64,000 bases of DNA from Alphaproteobacteria bacterium (GCA_965232515.1 CBDDPY010000002.1:6720001-6784000), one strand, 5' to 3'. Numbered from the stretch's first letter, positions 1 to 11,494 are shown. A program made the numbers and translations. The notes: generated from the sequence alone by a model not told the origin.

Positions 1-1
1 C

Positions 2-1042
2 GTCGAGTTCGGCTCCGGCGAGCTTAGCGTCGAGGCCACGGTCGGGAGCGGCGCCGGCGAGGTCGTGGTCTATGTCTTCGAGAGTGGCGACCAGGACAGG
101 ATCATTACGTCGATGCAACCGGGCCAACCGGTTTTGATTGCCCCCGGCACATACGATGTGCGGATCGTGCTCACCGAAGCCGCCGAGGAGCGGGCCGTCC
201 GCTGGCGAAAGGGCGTGCCGGTTCAAACCGGACTGCAAACCAGGATCAACGTCCGCTTCCAACAGGGCGCGTTGCTCGTCGCTGCGCTGAACGGGCAGCA
301 ACCGTTGCCCGACGGCGCCGTGGAGCTGACCGTGTTCCGCGCCGGCGACGCTCAACGCGAGGTGGTCGCCTTCGGCCTCGCCGGATCGCCACTGCATCTT
401 GCCGCCGGGCGCTACGACATCAAGGCGACGTTTTCGGCATCGAACGACAAGCCGGTCATCTGGCTCGAGGATCTGGCGATCACGGAGGAAGAAGCGCTGG
501 AGAAGTCCATTGCGTTTACATCCGGAACCGCCGTCGTCAGCGCGGAGATGAAGCACGGCGCGACGCTCGACGACTTCCAGGCCTACGTTTACTACTACAG
601 GGTCGGGGACCACCAGGAGCCGGTTGCCTATGCCCCCGCGCCCGAACCGGTGGTGCTGGCGAGCGGCCGTTATGACGTGCGCGTCAACTTCCACCGCTCG
701 CACGACCGGCCCGACCTTTGGATTCGGGATCTGTTCGTGCCGCCAGGCGGGCGCGTCTCACGAACCGCGGTCTTCGCATCCGGCATGCTGCTTGTGCGGG
801 CCTACGATGCGGCCGGGATCGAACTGGTTGGCGACAACATATTCGTGCGAGTCCATGCGGCGGGCGAGGCCAGTCGGCCCATTGCGGTCGCGCGCAGCGG
901 CGAGATTCTCGTTCTCTCCGACGGCGTCTATGACGTTGTCGCCGAGGACACCCGAAGCCCCGGAACCGAGCGCCGCATCGATCGCGTCGCTGTGACGCCG
1001 GGGAAACTGTCGGAGCACACCCTGACGTTTGGGCGGCCGTGA
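2..1042 (+). CDS. Partial (5'-truncated) protein of tandem beta-rich ~85-aa repeats, likely surface or secreted
   Basis: Frame is open from base 2 (in frame with track ORF 65..1042). Four repeats with G-x-Y-D-[VI] (GTYDV, GRYDI, GRYDV, GVYDV), usually followed by W and F-x-x-G. Confidence 0.7.
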   Translation, partial: VEFGSGELSVEATVGSGAGEVVVYVFESGDQDRIITSMQPGQPVLIAPGTYDVRIVLTEAAEERAVRWRKGVPVQTGLQTRINVRFQQGALLVAALNGQQPLPDGAVELTVFRAGDAQREVVAFGLAGSPLHLAAGRYDIKATFSASNDKPVIWLEDLAITEEEALEKSIAFTSGTAVVSAEMKHGATLDDFQAYVYYYRVGDHQEPVAYAPAPEPVVLASGRYDVRVNFHRSHDRPDLWIRDLFVPPGGRVSRTAVFASGMLLVRAYDAAGIELVGDNIFVRVHAAGEASRPIAVARSGEILVLSDGVYDVVAEDTRSPGTERRIDRVAVTPGKLSEHTLTFGRP

Positions 1043-1222
1043 GCCCGATATCGCGCCGTCAGGTCGCGTCGGTTAAGGCGCGCAATGGCTGATCACGACG
1101 ACAGGCTGGAGCGCATCCCAAGCTGCTAAATTTGCGCCGGACCGGCAAAATCACTTACCATAATGCCGGTCGATGGTGTCCGGCCGTGTCGGACGACCTT
1201 GTCTGCTTGAGGAGGGACCACG

Positions 1223-1972
1223 ATGGGCATCCTGCAGGGCAAAGCGTTGGTGGTGCTGGGCGCGCTGGTCGCGATAGGCGTTCTGGCCAGTCCCACGACA
1301 GGCCACGCGCTGGTCGAGACAAAAAAGCAGCCGTTCGTCAAAAACTCCGCGTTCATTGACTTCAAAAAGCTCGGCACGATCAGGAAGCTCAGCCTGGAGA
1401 TCCAGAGTCTGGAACGAGTCGAGTTCAAACCGTTTGACAAGCCCAAGGGAAAGCCGAAGAAGAAGGGGCCTGTCTTCAAGTTCAGCGAGCCCATCCAGGG
1501 ACCGACCGGCGGGCCGGTCGTCGACATTGAGCTGGTCTCACTGTCGCTTGTCAGCACAAGTCCGGTGTTGCTGGACGGCCAGACCGGGCACCTCGTGCTA
1601 ACGCATGATCCCGCCCGGTCGAGTGGCGGACCGGGCATCATCAGGTTCGACGACAAATCCAAAAAGACCGGCAAGTTCGACGCGAAGTTCGAAAAGCTCC
1701 TGAAGCTGAAGCTGAAGGACGACAAGAACCAAAAGACCAAGGTCGACAAGGGCAAGATCGGGCTGCCAGTTAAATTCGACGGCGTCGCCTTCAGACAGCA
1801 GTCGCCGATCACGGTCACTGAGGCGTTCTGTATTGGCCCTCAGGATAGTTCGATCGCCGAATTCTGCCTGCGTCCGATACCCGAACCGCCGACACTGCTG
1901 CTGCTTGGTCTGGGTCTGACCGGGCTTGTCGCGGCATTCGCATTCGGGCGGCGCCGGGAACCGGCCGCATAA
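1223..1972 (+). CDS. Lys-rich PEP-CTERM sorting-signal protein
   Basis: GGAGAGGG RBS; signal peptide ending GHA; C-terminus IPEPPTLLLLGLGLTGLVAAFAFGRRR (PEP motif, TM helix, basic tail). Confidence 0.85.
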   Translation: MGILQGKALVVLGALVAIGVLASPTTGHALVETKKQPFVKNSAFIDFKKLGTIRKLSLEIQSLERVEFKPFDKPKGKPKKKGPVFKFSEPIQGPTGGPVVDIELVSLSLVSTSPVLLDGQTGHLVLTHDPARSSGGPGIIRFDDKSKKTGKFDAKFEKLLKLKLKDDKNQKTKVDKGKIGLPVKFDGVAFRQQSPITVTEAFCIGPQDSSIAEFCLRPIPEPPTLLLLGLGLTGLVAAFAFGRRREPAA

Positions 1973-2026
1973 AGGCAGCGGACCAAACAGCATAGCCGTT
2001 CAGTCAGTCTATTGACAGCGGCGCGC

Positions 2027-2395
2027 CTACCGCGCAGCGAGTTGTTCGACGGCTTTGACGATGTCGGCGTTGGCGAAGGGTTTGGTGATGAAGAGATCGG
2101 CGCCGCAGTCGAGGGCGGTTTCGCGGTCTTCGCGCTGGCCCTTGGCGGTCAGCACCAGCACCGGCAGGGTTTCCGCCCGGCGGTCGGCGCGCAGGCGGCG
2201 CAGGACTTCATAGCCGTCCAGTTCCGGCAGCATGACGTCAAGGATCATCACGTCGGGCGTGTCCGCCAGCGCGGCGTTCAAAGCCTTGCGCCCATCGGTT
2301 TCGACCGCCACGTCGAACCCCGCCCGTTCCAACAGAAAGGTCAGGGGTTCGACGATGTTCGGCTCGTCCTCCGCAAGCAGGACGCGCTTTGTCAT
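2027..2395 (-). CDS. Single-domain response regulator (receiver)
   Basis: MTKRVLLAEDE, ILDVMLP (phospho-Asp), LTA and KPF motifs; GGAGGA RBS before the ATG at 2395. Confidence 0.9.
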   Translation of the reverse strand: MTKRVLLAEDEPNIVEPLTFLLERAGFDVAVETDGRKALNAALADTPDVMILDVMLPELDGYEVLRRLRADRRAETLPVLVLTAKGQREDRETALDCGADLFITKPFANADIVKAVEQLAAR

Positions 2396-2534
2396 GGTTA
2401 AGAATGTCCTCCCGTTGACGAACCGTCTTGCGTGAACGTCGGCAACGATTAGACGGTACCAGGGGCGTCTCTGCAATCGGGAATTGCCGGCAGAGGGGCA
2501 GGGCGGGTTGAATTCGGCCGTCCTGCGCGTCTAG

Positions 2535-3947
2535 CTACTCGGCCAATGGGTCTTCGACGCGGTGTCGGCAGCTCCGGCGCGGGCAGAGGCGGCAGCTTGG
2601 GCCGACCTCCTCGACCGGCGCCGAGGGTTCCGGGGCATAAACCGTTTGCTGCGCGTCGTCCTCGGTCATGGCCAGCATGTCGGTCACGTAGTGGCGCGGC
2701 TGGCCGAAGCCGGTCGCGCCGGCATTGCGGGCGCGGCCGACGAAGACGAAACGCGCGCCGGTCGGGAACTGCACGCGCTGGCGCACGACGGTCTCGGGCG
2801 ACTGCTGCGCGCAATAGAGCACCCAGAGCGGGCAGGCGGCGGCGTATCGCGGCACGGCGAGCCCGTCCAGACCGAGCATTTCGATGATCGAGCCCGCCGC
2901 GTTGGCCCGGTAGTAGCCGAAGCGCGGCCGGCCATCGGCGCGCGGCAACGCGGTCAGCCGATGACAGACGGCGGTAACCTCGGCGGCAAATGCCGCCGCC
3001 AGCGCCTCGATATCGAAGCGCAGCTCGACAGCACGTTCCTTGAACGCCGCCATGGGCATCAGGATGGCGTCGACCGCATAGTCCGATAAGGCCCGCCGCG
3101 CGCGTTCGCGGGCAGCCGCGGTTTCGATCTGCGGCTGGCGCTCGGTGATCTCGTCGATCAGGTCGCGCAGCCGTTCGTCCGTCAATGCGCGGGCCGCTGC
3201 GCGTTGGGCGGCGGCGTGTCCGCCGTTGATTTCCGGCGCGAGCGTGGCGGCGGCTGTTTCGATCTCGTTGAAATGATTCTCGCGTGCGTCGAACAGAGCT
3301 TCCACCTCGTCCAGCGGCGTGAGCGTCCGGTCCGGCTCGTCGGCCTTGTCGAGATAGGCCGCCAGCGCCTCGCCGACATCCGACAGCGCCCGGCTTTCCT
3401 CGTGGATGATGCGGTGGAACCGGTCGCGCCGGTCGGCCGGCGCGTCGGGAAACTCGGTCAGGATTTCGGCGGCCGAGCGGACCGCCGCGATCCGTGTCAG
3501 CATACGATGCACGGTCTCGCCCAGGAACGGATCGTTCGACAGGCGGTCGGTCAGCGTCTGCGCCAGCGCCGTCGCTTGGCGTTCCGAGCGGGCGAGCGCG
3601 GCCAGCCCCCGGGCCCAGCCGGGAAACCGTCCGATCAGCTCGCCCGTGCGCTGGTCCTCGATGCCGAGGGTGCCGAGCGAGGGGAGGTGGGCGATCTCGG
3701 TGAGCGTCTCGAGCAGGCGGCGTTCGGCCGCGCCGTCGAGATCGTCCAGTTCCAGGTCCAGGGCCTCGGCGGTCTTGCGCAGCAGGGTGCCCGCGATCCG
3801 CCGTTTGTTCAGCTCGATCAGATTCAGATAGGAGGCGGAGATGCCGATCCGTTCCGCGAGCGCGACCTGGGTGATGCCGATCTCGCGCCGGCGCTGGCGG
3901 ATGCGGGTGCCGAGGATCGAACGATCCATCTCGGAAAGCTGTTTCAT
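2535..3947 (-). CDS. ScfR/RamB/PccR-family short-chain fatty acyl-CoA regulator (XRE HTH)
   Basis: N-terminal HTH (TQVALAERIGISASYLNLIELNKRRI); C-terminal ACPLW and GPSCRLCPRRSCRHR Cys cluster typical of ScfR. Confidence 0.88.
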   Translation of the reverse strand: MKQLSEMDRSILGTRIRQRRREIGITQVALAERIGISASYLNLIELNKRRIAGTLLRKTAEALDLELDDLDGAAERRLLETLTEIAHLPSLGTLGIEDQRTGELIGRFPGWARGLAALARSERQATALAQTLTDRLSNDPFLGETVHRMLTRIAAVRSAAEILTEFPDAPADRRDRFHRIIHEESRALSDVGEALAAYLDKADEPDRTLTPLDEVEALFDARENHFNEIETAAATLAPEINGGHAAAQRAAARALTDERLRDLIDEITERQPQIETAAARERARRALSDYAVDAILMPMAAFKERAVELRFDIEALAAAFAAEVTAVCHRLTALPRADGRPRFGYYRANAAGSIIEMLGLDGLAVPRYAAACPLWVLYCAQQSPETVVRQRVQFPTGARFVFVGRARNAGATGFGQPRHYVTDMLAMTEDDAQQTVYAPEPSAPVEEVGPSCRLCPRRSCRHRVEDPLAE

Positions 3948-3970
3948 AACAGCGGCTTGTCCTTCCGATC

Positions 3971-4061
3971 TGTAAAGAATTTACAAGCAAGTCGGTATCG
4001 CGAGGAGAATTTTGACAAAAAAGTTAATAAAATTCAAATACTTATTGCTGATTTGACAAAT
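3971..4061. promoter_or_regulatory. Candidate ScfR-type operator sites in the divergent intergenic region
   Basis: Palindrome TGTAAA-GAA-TTTACA (3971-3985) and two TTTGACAAA palindromes (4011-4019, 4052-4060), resembling the TTTGCAAA-type half sites of PccR/RamB regulators. Confidence 0.5.
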
Positions 4062-4176
4062 CTCCCGCAGCTTATTGCCAGGGTCGATCGAAATCGCCCA
4101 AGGCCGAAACAGCACCGCGAAGCCTGGCTTCCGCCTTCGGCACCAACAACGACAAACACGCTAAGGGAGAACATTC

Positions 4177-5517
4177 ATGAGCAAGTGGGATATCAGTCGT
4201 CGCGGTCTGCTGAAGAGCTCCGCCGCGATGGGCGTCGGTCTCGCCGCGCCGACCATCTTTACCAGCAGCGCCTGGGCCACGAGCTATACCAACGAGCCGA
4301 AGGGCGCGACCGTCACGCTGGGCTTCAACGTGCCCCAGACCGGCGCCTATGCCGATGAGGGCGCCGACGAGCTGCGTGCGTATCAGCTCGCCGTCGAGCA
4401 CATCAACGGCGAGGGCGACGGCGGCATGCTCAACACCTTTTCGTCGAAGGCACTGACGGGCAAGGGCATCAATGGCAAGAAAGTCGAATACGTTACCGGC
4501 GACACCCAGACCAAGTCCGACGCCGCCCGCGCCAGCGCCAAGCGCATGATCGAGAAGGACGGCGCCATCATGATCACCGGCGGCTCGTCGTCGGGCGTGG
4601 CGATCGCGGTACAGGGCCTGTGCCAGGACGCCGGCGTCATCTTCATGGCCGGCCTGACCCACTCGAACGACACCACCGGCAAGGACAAGCGCGCCAACGG
4701 CTTCCGCCACTTCTTCAATACCGAGATGTCGGGCGCGGCGCTCGGTCCGGTGCTGAAGAATGCCTTCGGGTCCGACCGCGTCGCCTATCACCTGACGGCC
4801 GACTACACCTGGGGTTGGAGCCAGGAAGGCTCGATCATCAAGTATTCCGAGGAGCTCGGCTGGCAGACCTCCGCCGCGGTGCGCACGCCGCTCGGCGCCG
4901 GCGATTTCTCGCAGTACATCACGCCGGTCCTGAATTCGGGCGCCGACGTGCTGGTCCTGAATCACTACGGCCGCGACATGGTCAACTCGCTGACCCAGGC
5001 CGTGCAGTTCGGCCTGCGCGACAAGCAGGTCAACGGCAAGGACTTCGCCATCGTCGTGCCGCTCTACAGCCGCCTGATGGCACAGGGCGCCGGCGAGAAC
5101 GTGAAGGGCATCTTCGGCTCGACCAACTGGCACTGGTCGCTGCAGGACGAGGGCTCGAAGGCCTTCGTGAAGTCGTTCGGCCAGAAGTACGGCTTCCCGC
5201 CGAGCCAGGCCGCACACACCTGCTACTGCCAGGCCATCCTCTATGCCGACGCCTGCGAGCGCGCCGGCACCTTCCGGCCGTCCGCTGTCGGCAAGCAGCT
5301 GGAAGGCTTCAAGTTCGACGGCCTTGGCAACGGTCCGACCGAATACCGCGCCGAGGACCACCAGTGCTTCAAGGACGTGCTGGTGGTGAAGGGCAAGGAG
5401 AACCCGTCCTCGAAGTTCGACGTGCTCGAAGTCGTCGAGGTCACGCCGCGTGCGCAGGTGGAGTATCCCGCCTCGATGCTGGGCGGCGAGCTGGGGCCGT
5501 ACAACGACGGCGCCTGA
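4177..5517 (+). CDS. LIV-type ABC transporter substrate-binding protein, Tat-exported
   Basis: SRRGLLK Tat motif; Peripla_BP_6-like motifs (GGSSSGVA, TADYTWGW); upstream of permeases. Confidence 0.9.
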   Translation: MSKWDISRRGLLKSSAAMGVGLAAPTIFTSSAWATSYTNEPKGATVTLGFNVPQTGAYADEGADELRAYQLAVEHINGEGDGGMLNTFSSKALTGKGINGKKVEYVTGDTQTKSDAARASAKRMIEKDGAIMITGGSSSGVAIAVQGLCQDAGVIFMAGLTHSNDTTGKDKRANGFRHFFNTEMSGAALGPVLKNAFGSDRVAYHLTADYTWGWSQEGSIIKYSEELGWQTSAAVRTPLGAGDFSQYITPVLNSGADVLVLNHYGRDMVNSLTQAVQFGLRDKQVNGKDFAIVVPLYSRLMAQGAGENVKGIFGSTNWHWSLQDEGSKAFVKSFGQKYGFPPSQAAHTCYCQAILYADACERAGTFRPSAVGKQLEGFKFDGLGNGPTEYRAEDHQCFKDVLVVKGKENPSSKFDVLEVVEVTPRAQVEYPASMLGGELGPYNDGA

Positions 5518-5538
5518 TGTTCCTGACCTGACCAACTT

Positions 5539-5574
5539 CCGGTCGTCCCCGAAACAAACACCGGGGACGACCGG
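5539..5574. repeat. Perfect 13-bp hairpin after the SBP gene (mRNA stabiliser or attenuator)
   Basis: CCGGTCGTCCCCG-N10-CGGGGACGACCGG; no U-tract. Confidence 0.7.
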
Positions 5575-5595
5575 CCCCTCGGGGGAGCCCGAACC

Positions 5596-6624
5596 ATGGA
5601 TGCGATATTCCTGCAGATCCTGAATGGCCTGGACAAGGGCGGCGCCTACGCCCTGATCGCGTTGGGTCTGACAATCATTTTCGGCACGCTCGGCGTCGTG
5701 AACTTCGCGCACGGCGCGCTGTTCATGCTCGGCGCGTTTTGCGCGGTTTCGGTGAAAGCTTTGTTGAGCCTCGAGAAGGTTACGCTCGATCCCGAAAAGG
5801 TGACGGCTTGGGGCTCGCCGATGGAGATCCGCACGCCTTATGTCGAGGCGTGGCTCGGCGATTTCGGCAGCACCCTGCTGAATTACTCCGTGCCGGTCTC
5901 GATCCTGATCGCCATTCCCGTGATGCTCTTGATCGGCATCGCCATGGAGCGCGGGCTCATTCGGTTTTTCTATAAACGGCCGCACGCCGAACAGATCCTG
6001 GTGACCTTCGGCCTGGCGATCGTCATTCAGGAGATCGTCAAGGGGCAGTTCGGCGCCAACCCGATCCCGCAGCCGGCGCCCGATGCCGCCAAGGGCATGG
6101 TCGACTTCGGCGTCGCGCTTGGCTTCCAGGCCGGCAACGTGGTCTATCCGGCCTGGCGGCTGATCTATTTCCTGTTTTCGGTCTTGGTGATCGGCGCCGT
6201 CTTCGCGTTTCTGAGGTTCACGACGTTCGGCATGGTGGTCCGCGCTGGCATGGCCGACCGAGAGACGGTGGGTCTGCTCGGCATCGACATTGACCGGCGC
6301 TTCACCATCGTGTTCGGCATTGCCGCCGTGGTCGCCGGCCTGGCGGGCGTGATGTACACGCCGATCCTCAGCCCCGACTACCACATGGGCATGGATTTCC
6401 TGGTCTTGAGCTTCGTCGTCGTCGTGGTCGGCGGCATGGGCTCGCTCGGCGGCGCCGTCGCCGCCGGCTTCATGCTCGGCATCCTGCAGAGCTTCGCCTC
6501 GATGAACGAGGTCAAGAACATCCTGCCCGGCATCGATCAGATCATCATCTACCTGATCGCCGTCGTCATTCTGCTGGTGCGCCCCCGTGGCCTGATGGGC
6601 CGCAAGGGCGTCATGGAGCACTGA
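5596..6624 (+). CDS. LivH-like ABC permease
   Basis: GAYALIALGLTIIFGTLGVVNFAHG; VVVVGGMGS. Confidence 0.92.
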   Translation: MDAIFLQILNGLDKGGAYALIALGLTIIFGTLGVVNFAHGALFMLGAFCAVSVKALLSLEKVTLDPEKVTAWGSPMEIRTPYVEAWLGDFGSTLLNYSVPVSILIAIPVMLLIGIAMERGLIRFFYKRPHAEQILVTFGLAIVIQEIVKGQFGANPIPQPAPDAAKGMVDFGVALGFQAGNVVYPAWRLIYFLFSVLVIGAVFAFLRFTTFGMVVRAGMADRETVGLLGIDIDRRFTIVFGIAAVVAGLAGVMYTPILSPDYHMGMDFLVLSFVVVVVGGMGSLGGAVAAGFMLGILQSFASMNEVKNILPGIDQIIIYLIAVVILLVRPRGLMGRKGVMEH

Positions 6625-6627
6625 GCC

Positions 6628-7779
6628 ATGACCCAAGCCATCAAGAAACAGAGCGACCTGATCCTGCTGGTCTGCTTCGCCGCCGCGGTGCTGGCCGGCC
6701 CGGTCATCCTGGCGCCGATCGGCGCGGGCTATCCCGACCTGCTGCAGAAGTTCGCGATCTTCGGCATCTTCGCGCTGGGATTCAATATCCTCTTCGGCCT
6801 CACCGGCTACCTGTCCTTCGGCCACGCCGCGTTCCTGGGCGTCGGCTCCTACACGGCGGTGTGGACGTTCAAGCTGCTCAGCATGAACCCGATCCCGGCG
6901 ATCATCTTCGCCACGTTGATCGGCGGTCTGTTCGCCGCCCTGATCGGCTTCATCTCGTTGCGGCGCTCGGGCATCTACTTCTCGATCCTGACGCTCGCCT
7001 TCGCGCAGATGAGCTACAACCTCGCCTATTCGGTGCTGACGCCGATCACCAACGGCGAGACCGGCCTGCAGCTGGCGCAGTCCGACCCGCGGGTGCTGGA
7101 CGTCGCCTTCGGGCGCGATTACGGCGCCGTGCTGCCGTCGTCCGACCTGTTCGGCCTCACCATGACCGGCTATCCCGGCTTTTACTTCTGCGCGATGATG
7201 CTGATCCTCTGCTTCTTCATCTCGATGCGCATCTTCCGTTCGCCGTTCGGCATGATGCTACGCGCGGTGAAGTCGAACCAGAACCGGATGAACTACACCG
7301 GGCTCAACACCCGGCCCTACGCGATGGCGGCGTTCGTGATTTCAGGCATGTATGCGGGCCTGGCCGGCGGCCTGATGGCGGTGACCGACCCGCTGGCGGG
7401 CGCCGAGCGCATGCAGTGGACGGCGTCCGGCGAGGTCGTGCTGATGACCATTCTTGGCGGCGCCGGCACCTTGCTCGGCCCCGTCATCGGCGCGGGCGCG
7501 ATCAAGTACTTCGAGAACATCTTCTCCGCCTTCAACGAGGGCATCCTGATGCAGGCTTTCGACTTCCTGCCGGAAGGGTTGCAGCACCTCATGGTGTCGC
7601 TGACGTCACTGTTCGTCGGCGAGGGCTGGCACCTGACGCTGGGCGCCTTGTTCATGATCATCGTGATCTTCCTGCCGGGCGGCCTGATGGAAGGCTTCAA
7701 CCGCCTGCGGGGCTGGATCGCGGGCCGCTTCGGCGGTGGCGGCGGCGCGCCCGAATTGTCGCCGGCGACGGCAGGCTAG
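6628..7779 (+). CDS. LivM-like ABC permease
   Basis: [13 protein letters not shown]; [12 protein letters not shown]; [11 protein letters not shown]. Confidence 0.92.
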   Translation: MTQAIKKQSDLILLVCFAAAVLAGPVILAPIGAGYPDLLQKFAIFGIFALGFNILFGLTGYLSFGHAAFLGVGSYTAVWTFKLLSMNPIPAIIFATLIGGLFAALIGFISLRRSGIYFSILTLAFAQMSYNLAYSVLTPITNGETGLQLAQSDPRVLDVAFGRDYGAVLPSSDLFGLTMTGYPGFYFCAMMLILCFFISMRIFRSPFGMMLRAVKSNQNRMNYTGLNTRPYAMAAFVISGMYAGLAGGLMAVTDPLAGAERMQWTASGEVVLMTILGGAGTLLGPVIGAGAIKYFENIFSAFNEGILMQAFDFLPEGLQHLMVSLTSLFVGEGWHLTLGALFMIIVIFLPGGLMEGFNRLRGWIAGRFGGGGGAPELSPATAG

Positions 7780-7790
7780 GGGAGGTCGAT

Positions 7791-8542
7791 ATGAACATTC
7801 TCTCGGTCCAGAACGTCAACAAGCATTTTGGCGGCCTGCAGGCGCTGAACGAGGTGAACCTCGAGGTCGAGGCCGGCACGGTGCACGCCATCATCGGCCC
7901 GAACGGGGCAGGCAAGTCGACGTTGCTTAACTGCTTCGTCGGCCGGCTCGAGCCGGACACCGGCTCGGTCATGTTCGACGGCCAGTCGCTGCTGGGCATC
8001 AAGCCGCACGAGATCAACCAGACCGGCGTCGCCCGCGTGTTTCAGACGCCAGAGATCTTTGGCGACCTGACCCTGCTGGACAATGTGATGATTCCCGCCT
8101 TCGCCAAGCGGGACGGCGCCTTCACCATGAACGCCTGGGGGTCCGTCGCGGGCGAGGCCGACATCTATTCCAAGGCGATGACCATGCTGTCCGACGTCGG
8201 CCTCGCCAATCAGGCGCACGACATCGCCGGTCAGTTGTCGCGTGGCGACAAGCGGCGGCTGGAACTGGCCATGTGCCTGGTGCAGGACCCGAAGCTCTTG
8301 CTGCTCGACGAGCCGACGGCCGGCATGGCCCGGGCCGACACCAACAACACCATCGACCTGATGAAGCGGATCGCCGAGAGCGGCGTCACCATGGTGGTGA
8401 TCGAGCACGACATGCACGTGGTGTTTTCGCTGGCCGACAAGATCAGCGTCCTGGCGCAGGGTACCGTGATCGCCGAGGGCCTGCCGGACAGCATCAAAGG
8501 AGATCCGCGCGTCCAGGAAGCCTATCTCGGAGGAGCCCACCT

Positions 8543-8546
<4 letters not shown>
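7791..8546 (+). CDS. LivG-like ABC ATPase
   Basis: GGAGG RBS; GPNGAGKST; LLLLDEPTAG; VQEAYLG. Confidence 0.93.
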
Positions 8547-9373
<827 letters not shown>

Positions 9374-9404
9374 TCGCACCCGCGCCGTTCGGGAGAGAGG
9401 ACGG

Positions 9405-10094
9405 ATGCCCGAGCCCGCCGCCGGAATGCAGTTGCCGCTCGCGCTGAATACGAAGCTCGAAGAGGACTTCATCTCGCCGCTGACCGCGGTGCGCGGCGCG
9501 ATCGAGATCCTGCGCGACTATCCGGACCTGGCGGCCGACGAGCGAAACCGGTTCATCGAAACGGCGCTGCGCGAATGCGCCCGGCTGGAAAAGGGCGTGG
9601 CGGACCTGGCCGAGACGGTCTACGCCGCCGGCCAGCGCGCGCATCTGCGGCCGGCCACCAGTCTGTCGCCGGAGACCTATCGCGAATATGCCGGCCGCAT
9701 CCGCTTCCACGACGCCATCGACGTGGTCGAGATCGATTTCAGCGACTTCGCCTTCCGCAACTCGAAGATCGTCAATGACTTCCATGACGTTATCGAGGCC
9801 GAGGTGAGCGCGACCGGCCGCGACTGGTATTTCGTCGTCAACCACCAGGCCTGCAGTGTCTGGCCGGAAGCCTGGGTCGCTTTTGCGCACCGCGGCAAGA
9901 AGGTGCAGGTGGCCCATGCGCTCGCAACGGTCCGCTATGCGGCCGAGCCCGACTCCGGTGACCAGTCATCGAACGCGTCGCGCGCCGGCCACGACCCCAA
10001 CATGTTTGCGTCGAGAGACCTTGCTCTGGCGCACGTTGAAGAGTTGCGCCATGCCGCCGACCTGACGCCGCCGCAACGACAACATCGACACTAG
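9405..10094 (+). CDS. Protein with a His-less HisKA-like N-terminus and an uncharacterised alpha/beta C-terminal domain
   Basis: EEDFISPLTAVRGAIEIL...ERNRFIETALRECARLE resembles H-E-L-R-T-P-L-T dimerisation helices; no HATPase motifs. Confidence 0.65.
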   Translation: MPEPAAGMQLPLALNTKLEEDFISPLTAVRGAIEILRDYPDLAADERNRFIETALRECARLEKGVADLAETVYAAGQRAHLRPATSLSPETYREYAGRIRFHDAIDVVEIDFSDFAFRNSKIVNDFHDVIEAEVSATGRDWYFVVNHQACSVWPEAWVAFAHRGKKVQVAHALATVRYAAEPDSGDQSSNASRAGHDPNMFASRDLALAHVEELRHAADLTPPQRQHRH

Positions 10095-10234
10095 ACCCGT
10101 CACGTCGGTTGCTCGCCGGTTTGGCCACAACCGAGATCTGCGCGTCAGCAATCTTGCTGATTGAATATCACCGATTTTCTACAGACTCGGAAAAATAGAA
10201 TCGATACCATTTATGCGAATCAATAAGGGTATTA

Positions 10235-11494
10235 ATGAGGGCAAGCATCGTGTCTGGCGATATCGACGTCAGCAACACCATGAAGTTGCTGAATGATGCC
10301 GAGTTGATTTTTCCCGAGGCAATTTCATTCTTCGCCGGCCGGCCGCCAGACAGATTTATCGAAACCGCGCGCGTGCCCGCGTGGCTCGCGAACTTCGTCG
10401 ACAAGAACAAGACGATCGATATCGGTGCCGGCGACGACGCCTGGCTGACGATCGGTCAATACGCCGCGACAAACGGCATCATGCTGGAGGCGGCAACGCG
10501 CTATCTCGCGAACGATGCCGACATCCGCGTCGCGCCCGAGGCCTGCATGATCACAAACGGGGCGCAGGAGGCGGTGACCATTTGCCTTGCGGGACTGGTC
10601 GGGCAAAATCGCTGCGTGCTGGCGGCCGATCCGACCTATATCGGCCTGACTGGCGCCGCCGACGTCCTCGACATCGCTGTCGAGGTCGTGCCCGACGACC
10701 TTGAGTTCGTCGACCGGGTCGAGCATGCGCTCGTCGACCGCGGGCCCGATCAGCTGCCGGTCGGCGCGCTTTACCTGGTGCCGGACTTCGCCAACCCGTC
10801 GAGCCGCCATCTCTCGGTCGCCGAGCGCCGCCGCCTGATCGAGCTCGCAGACCGCCACGACTTTTATATCCTCGAAGATGTGGCCTACCGCTGGTTCGCC
10901 TACGACGGCCGCTCGACGCCGCCGATGAAGTCGCTCGACGACGTGGGCCGTGTCATTTACATCGAGACCTTCGCCAAGACCTTTCTGCCGGGCGTGCGGC
11001 TGGCCATCATGGTGGCCGACCGTGCCGTCGAAGGCGGCACTCTGGCACAGCAGCTGGCGGCCATCAAAAGCTATGTCTCGGTGAATACGTCGCCGTTGAA
11101 CCAGGCGATCTTGGCCGGGTTCCTGGACGAACAGAACTACTCGCTTGCCGATTGGATGGCGCCGCGCCGCGCCTCGCTGCAGTCCCGGCGCGACGCCTTC
11201 GACCGCGCCTTGACGGCGCATTTCGGCACCGGCGCCAATGCCATCGCGCGCTGGGAGCTGCCGCTCGGCGGCTTCTTCTTCCGGCTGCAGATCGGCGCGA
11301 GCTTCGGCATCGACGATTTTCTGCGTTGCGCCCGCGATGGCGGCGTCATCGCCATGCCCATGTGCTGCTTCTCGACCGCGGGCGGGCATGCCGACGAGAT
11401 CAGGCTGTCGTTCAGCAACAACACGGCCGAGGACATCGCCGAAGGTGTCGCGCGTCTCGCCGCCTTTCTCGAAAACCACAATCCGGCGACTTGA
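10235..11494 (+). CDS. PLP-dependent class I/II aminotransferase (MocR/ARO8-like, no HTH)
   Basis: TNGAQEA; PDFANPS; ILEDVAY; TFAKTFLPGVRLA; IRLSFS. Confidence 0.88.
   Translation: MRASIVSGDIDVSNTMKLLNDAELIFPEAISFFAGRPPDRFIETARVPAWLANFVDKNKTIDIGAGDDAWLTIGQYAATNGIMLEAATRYLANDADIRVAPEACMITNGAQEAVTICLAGLVGQNRCVLAADPTYIGLTGAADVLDIAVEVVPDDLEFVDRVEHALVDRGPDQLPVGALYLVPDFANPSSRHLSVAERRRLIELADRHDFYILEDVAYRWFAYDGRSTPPMKSLDDVGRVIYIETFAKTFLPGVRLAIMVADRAVEGGTLAQQLAAIKSYVSVNTSPLNQAILAGFLDEQNYSLADWMAPRRASLQSRRDAFDRALTAHFGTGANAIARWELPLGGFFFRLQIGASFGIDDFLRCARDGGVIAMPMCCFSTAGGHADEIRLSFSNNTAEDIAEGVARLAAFLENHNPAT

Noticed and set aside
4072-6825. 917-aa minus-strand ORF
   Set aside because: Antisense shadow of the SBP and permease genes; expected in high-GC DNA, with no recognisable motifs.
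6861-7790. Long N-terminal extensions on track ORFs 6861..8546, 49534..51513, 61803..62840 and 62630..63448
   Set aside because: These are alternative-frame read-ins across the upstream gene; true starts are at 7791, 50584, 62238 and 62837.
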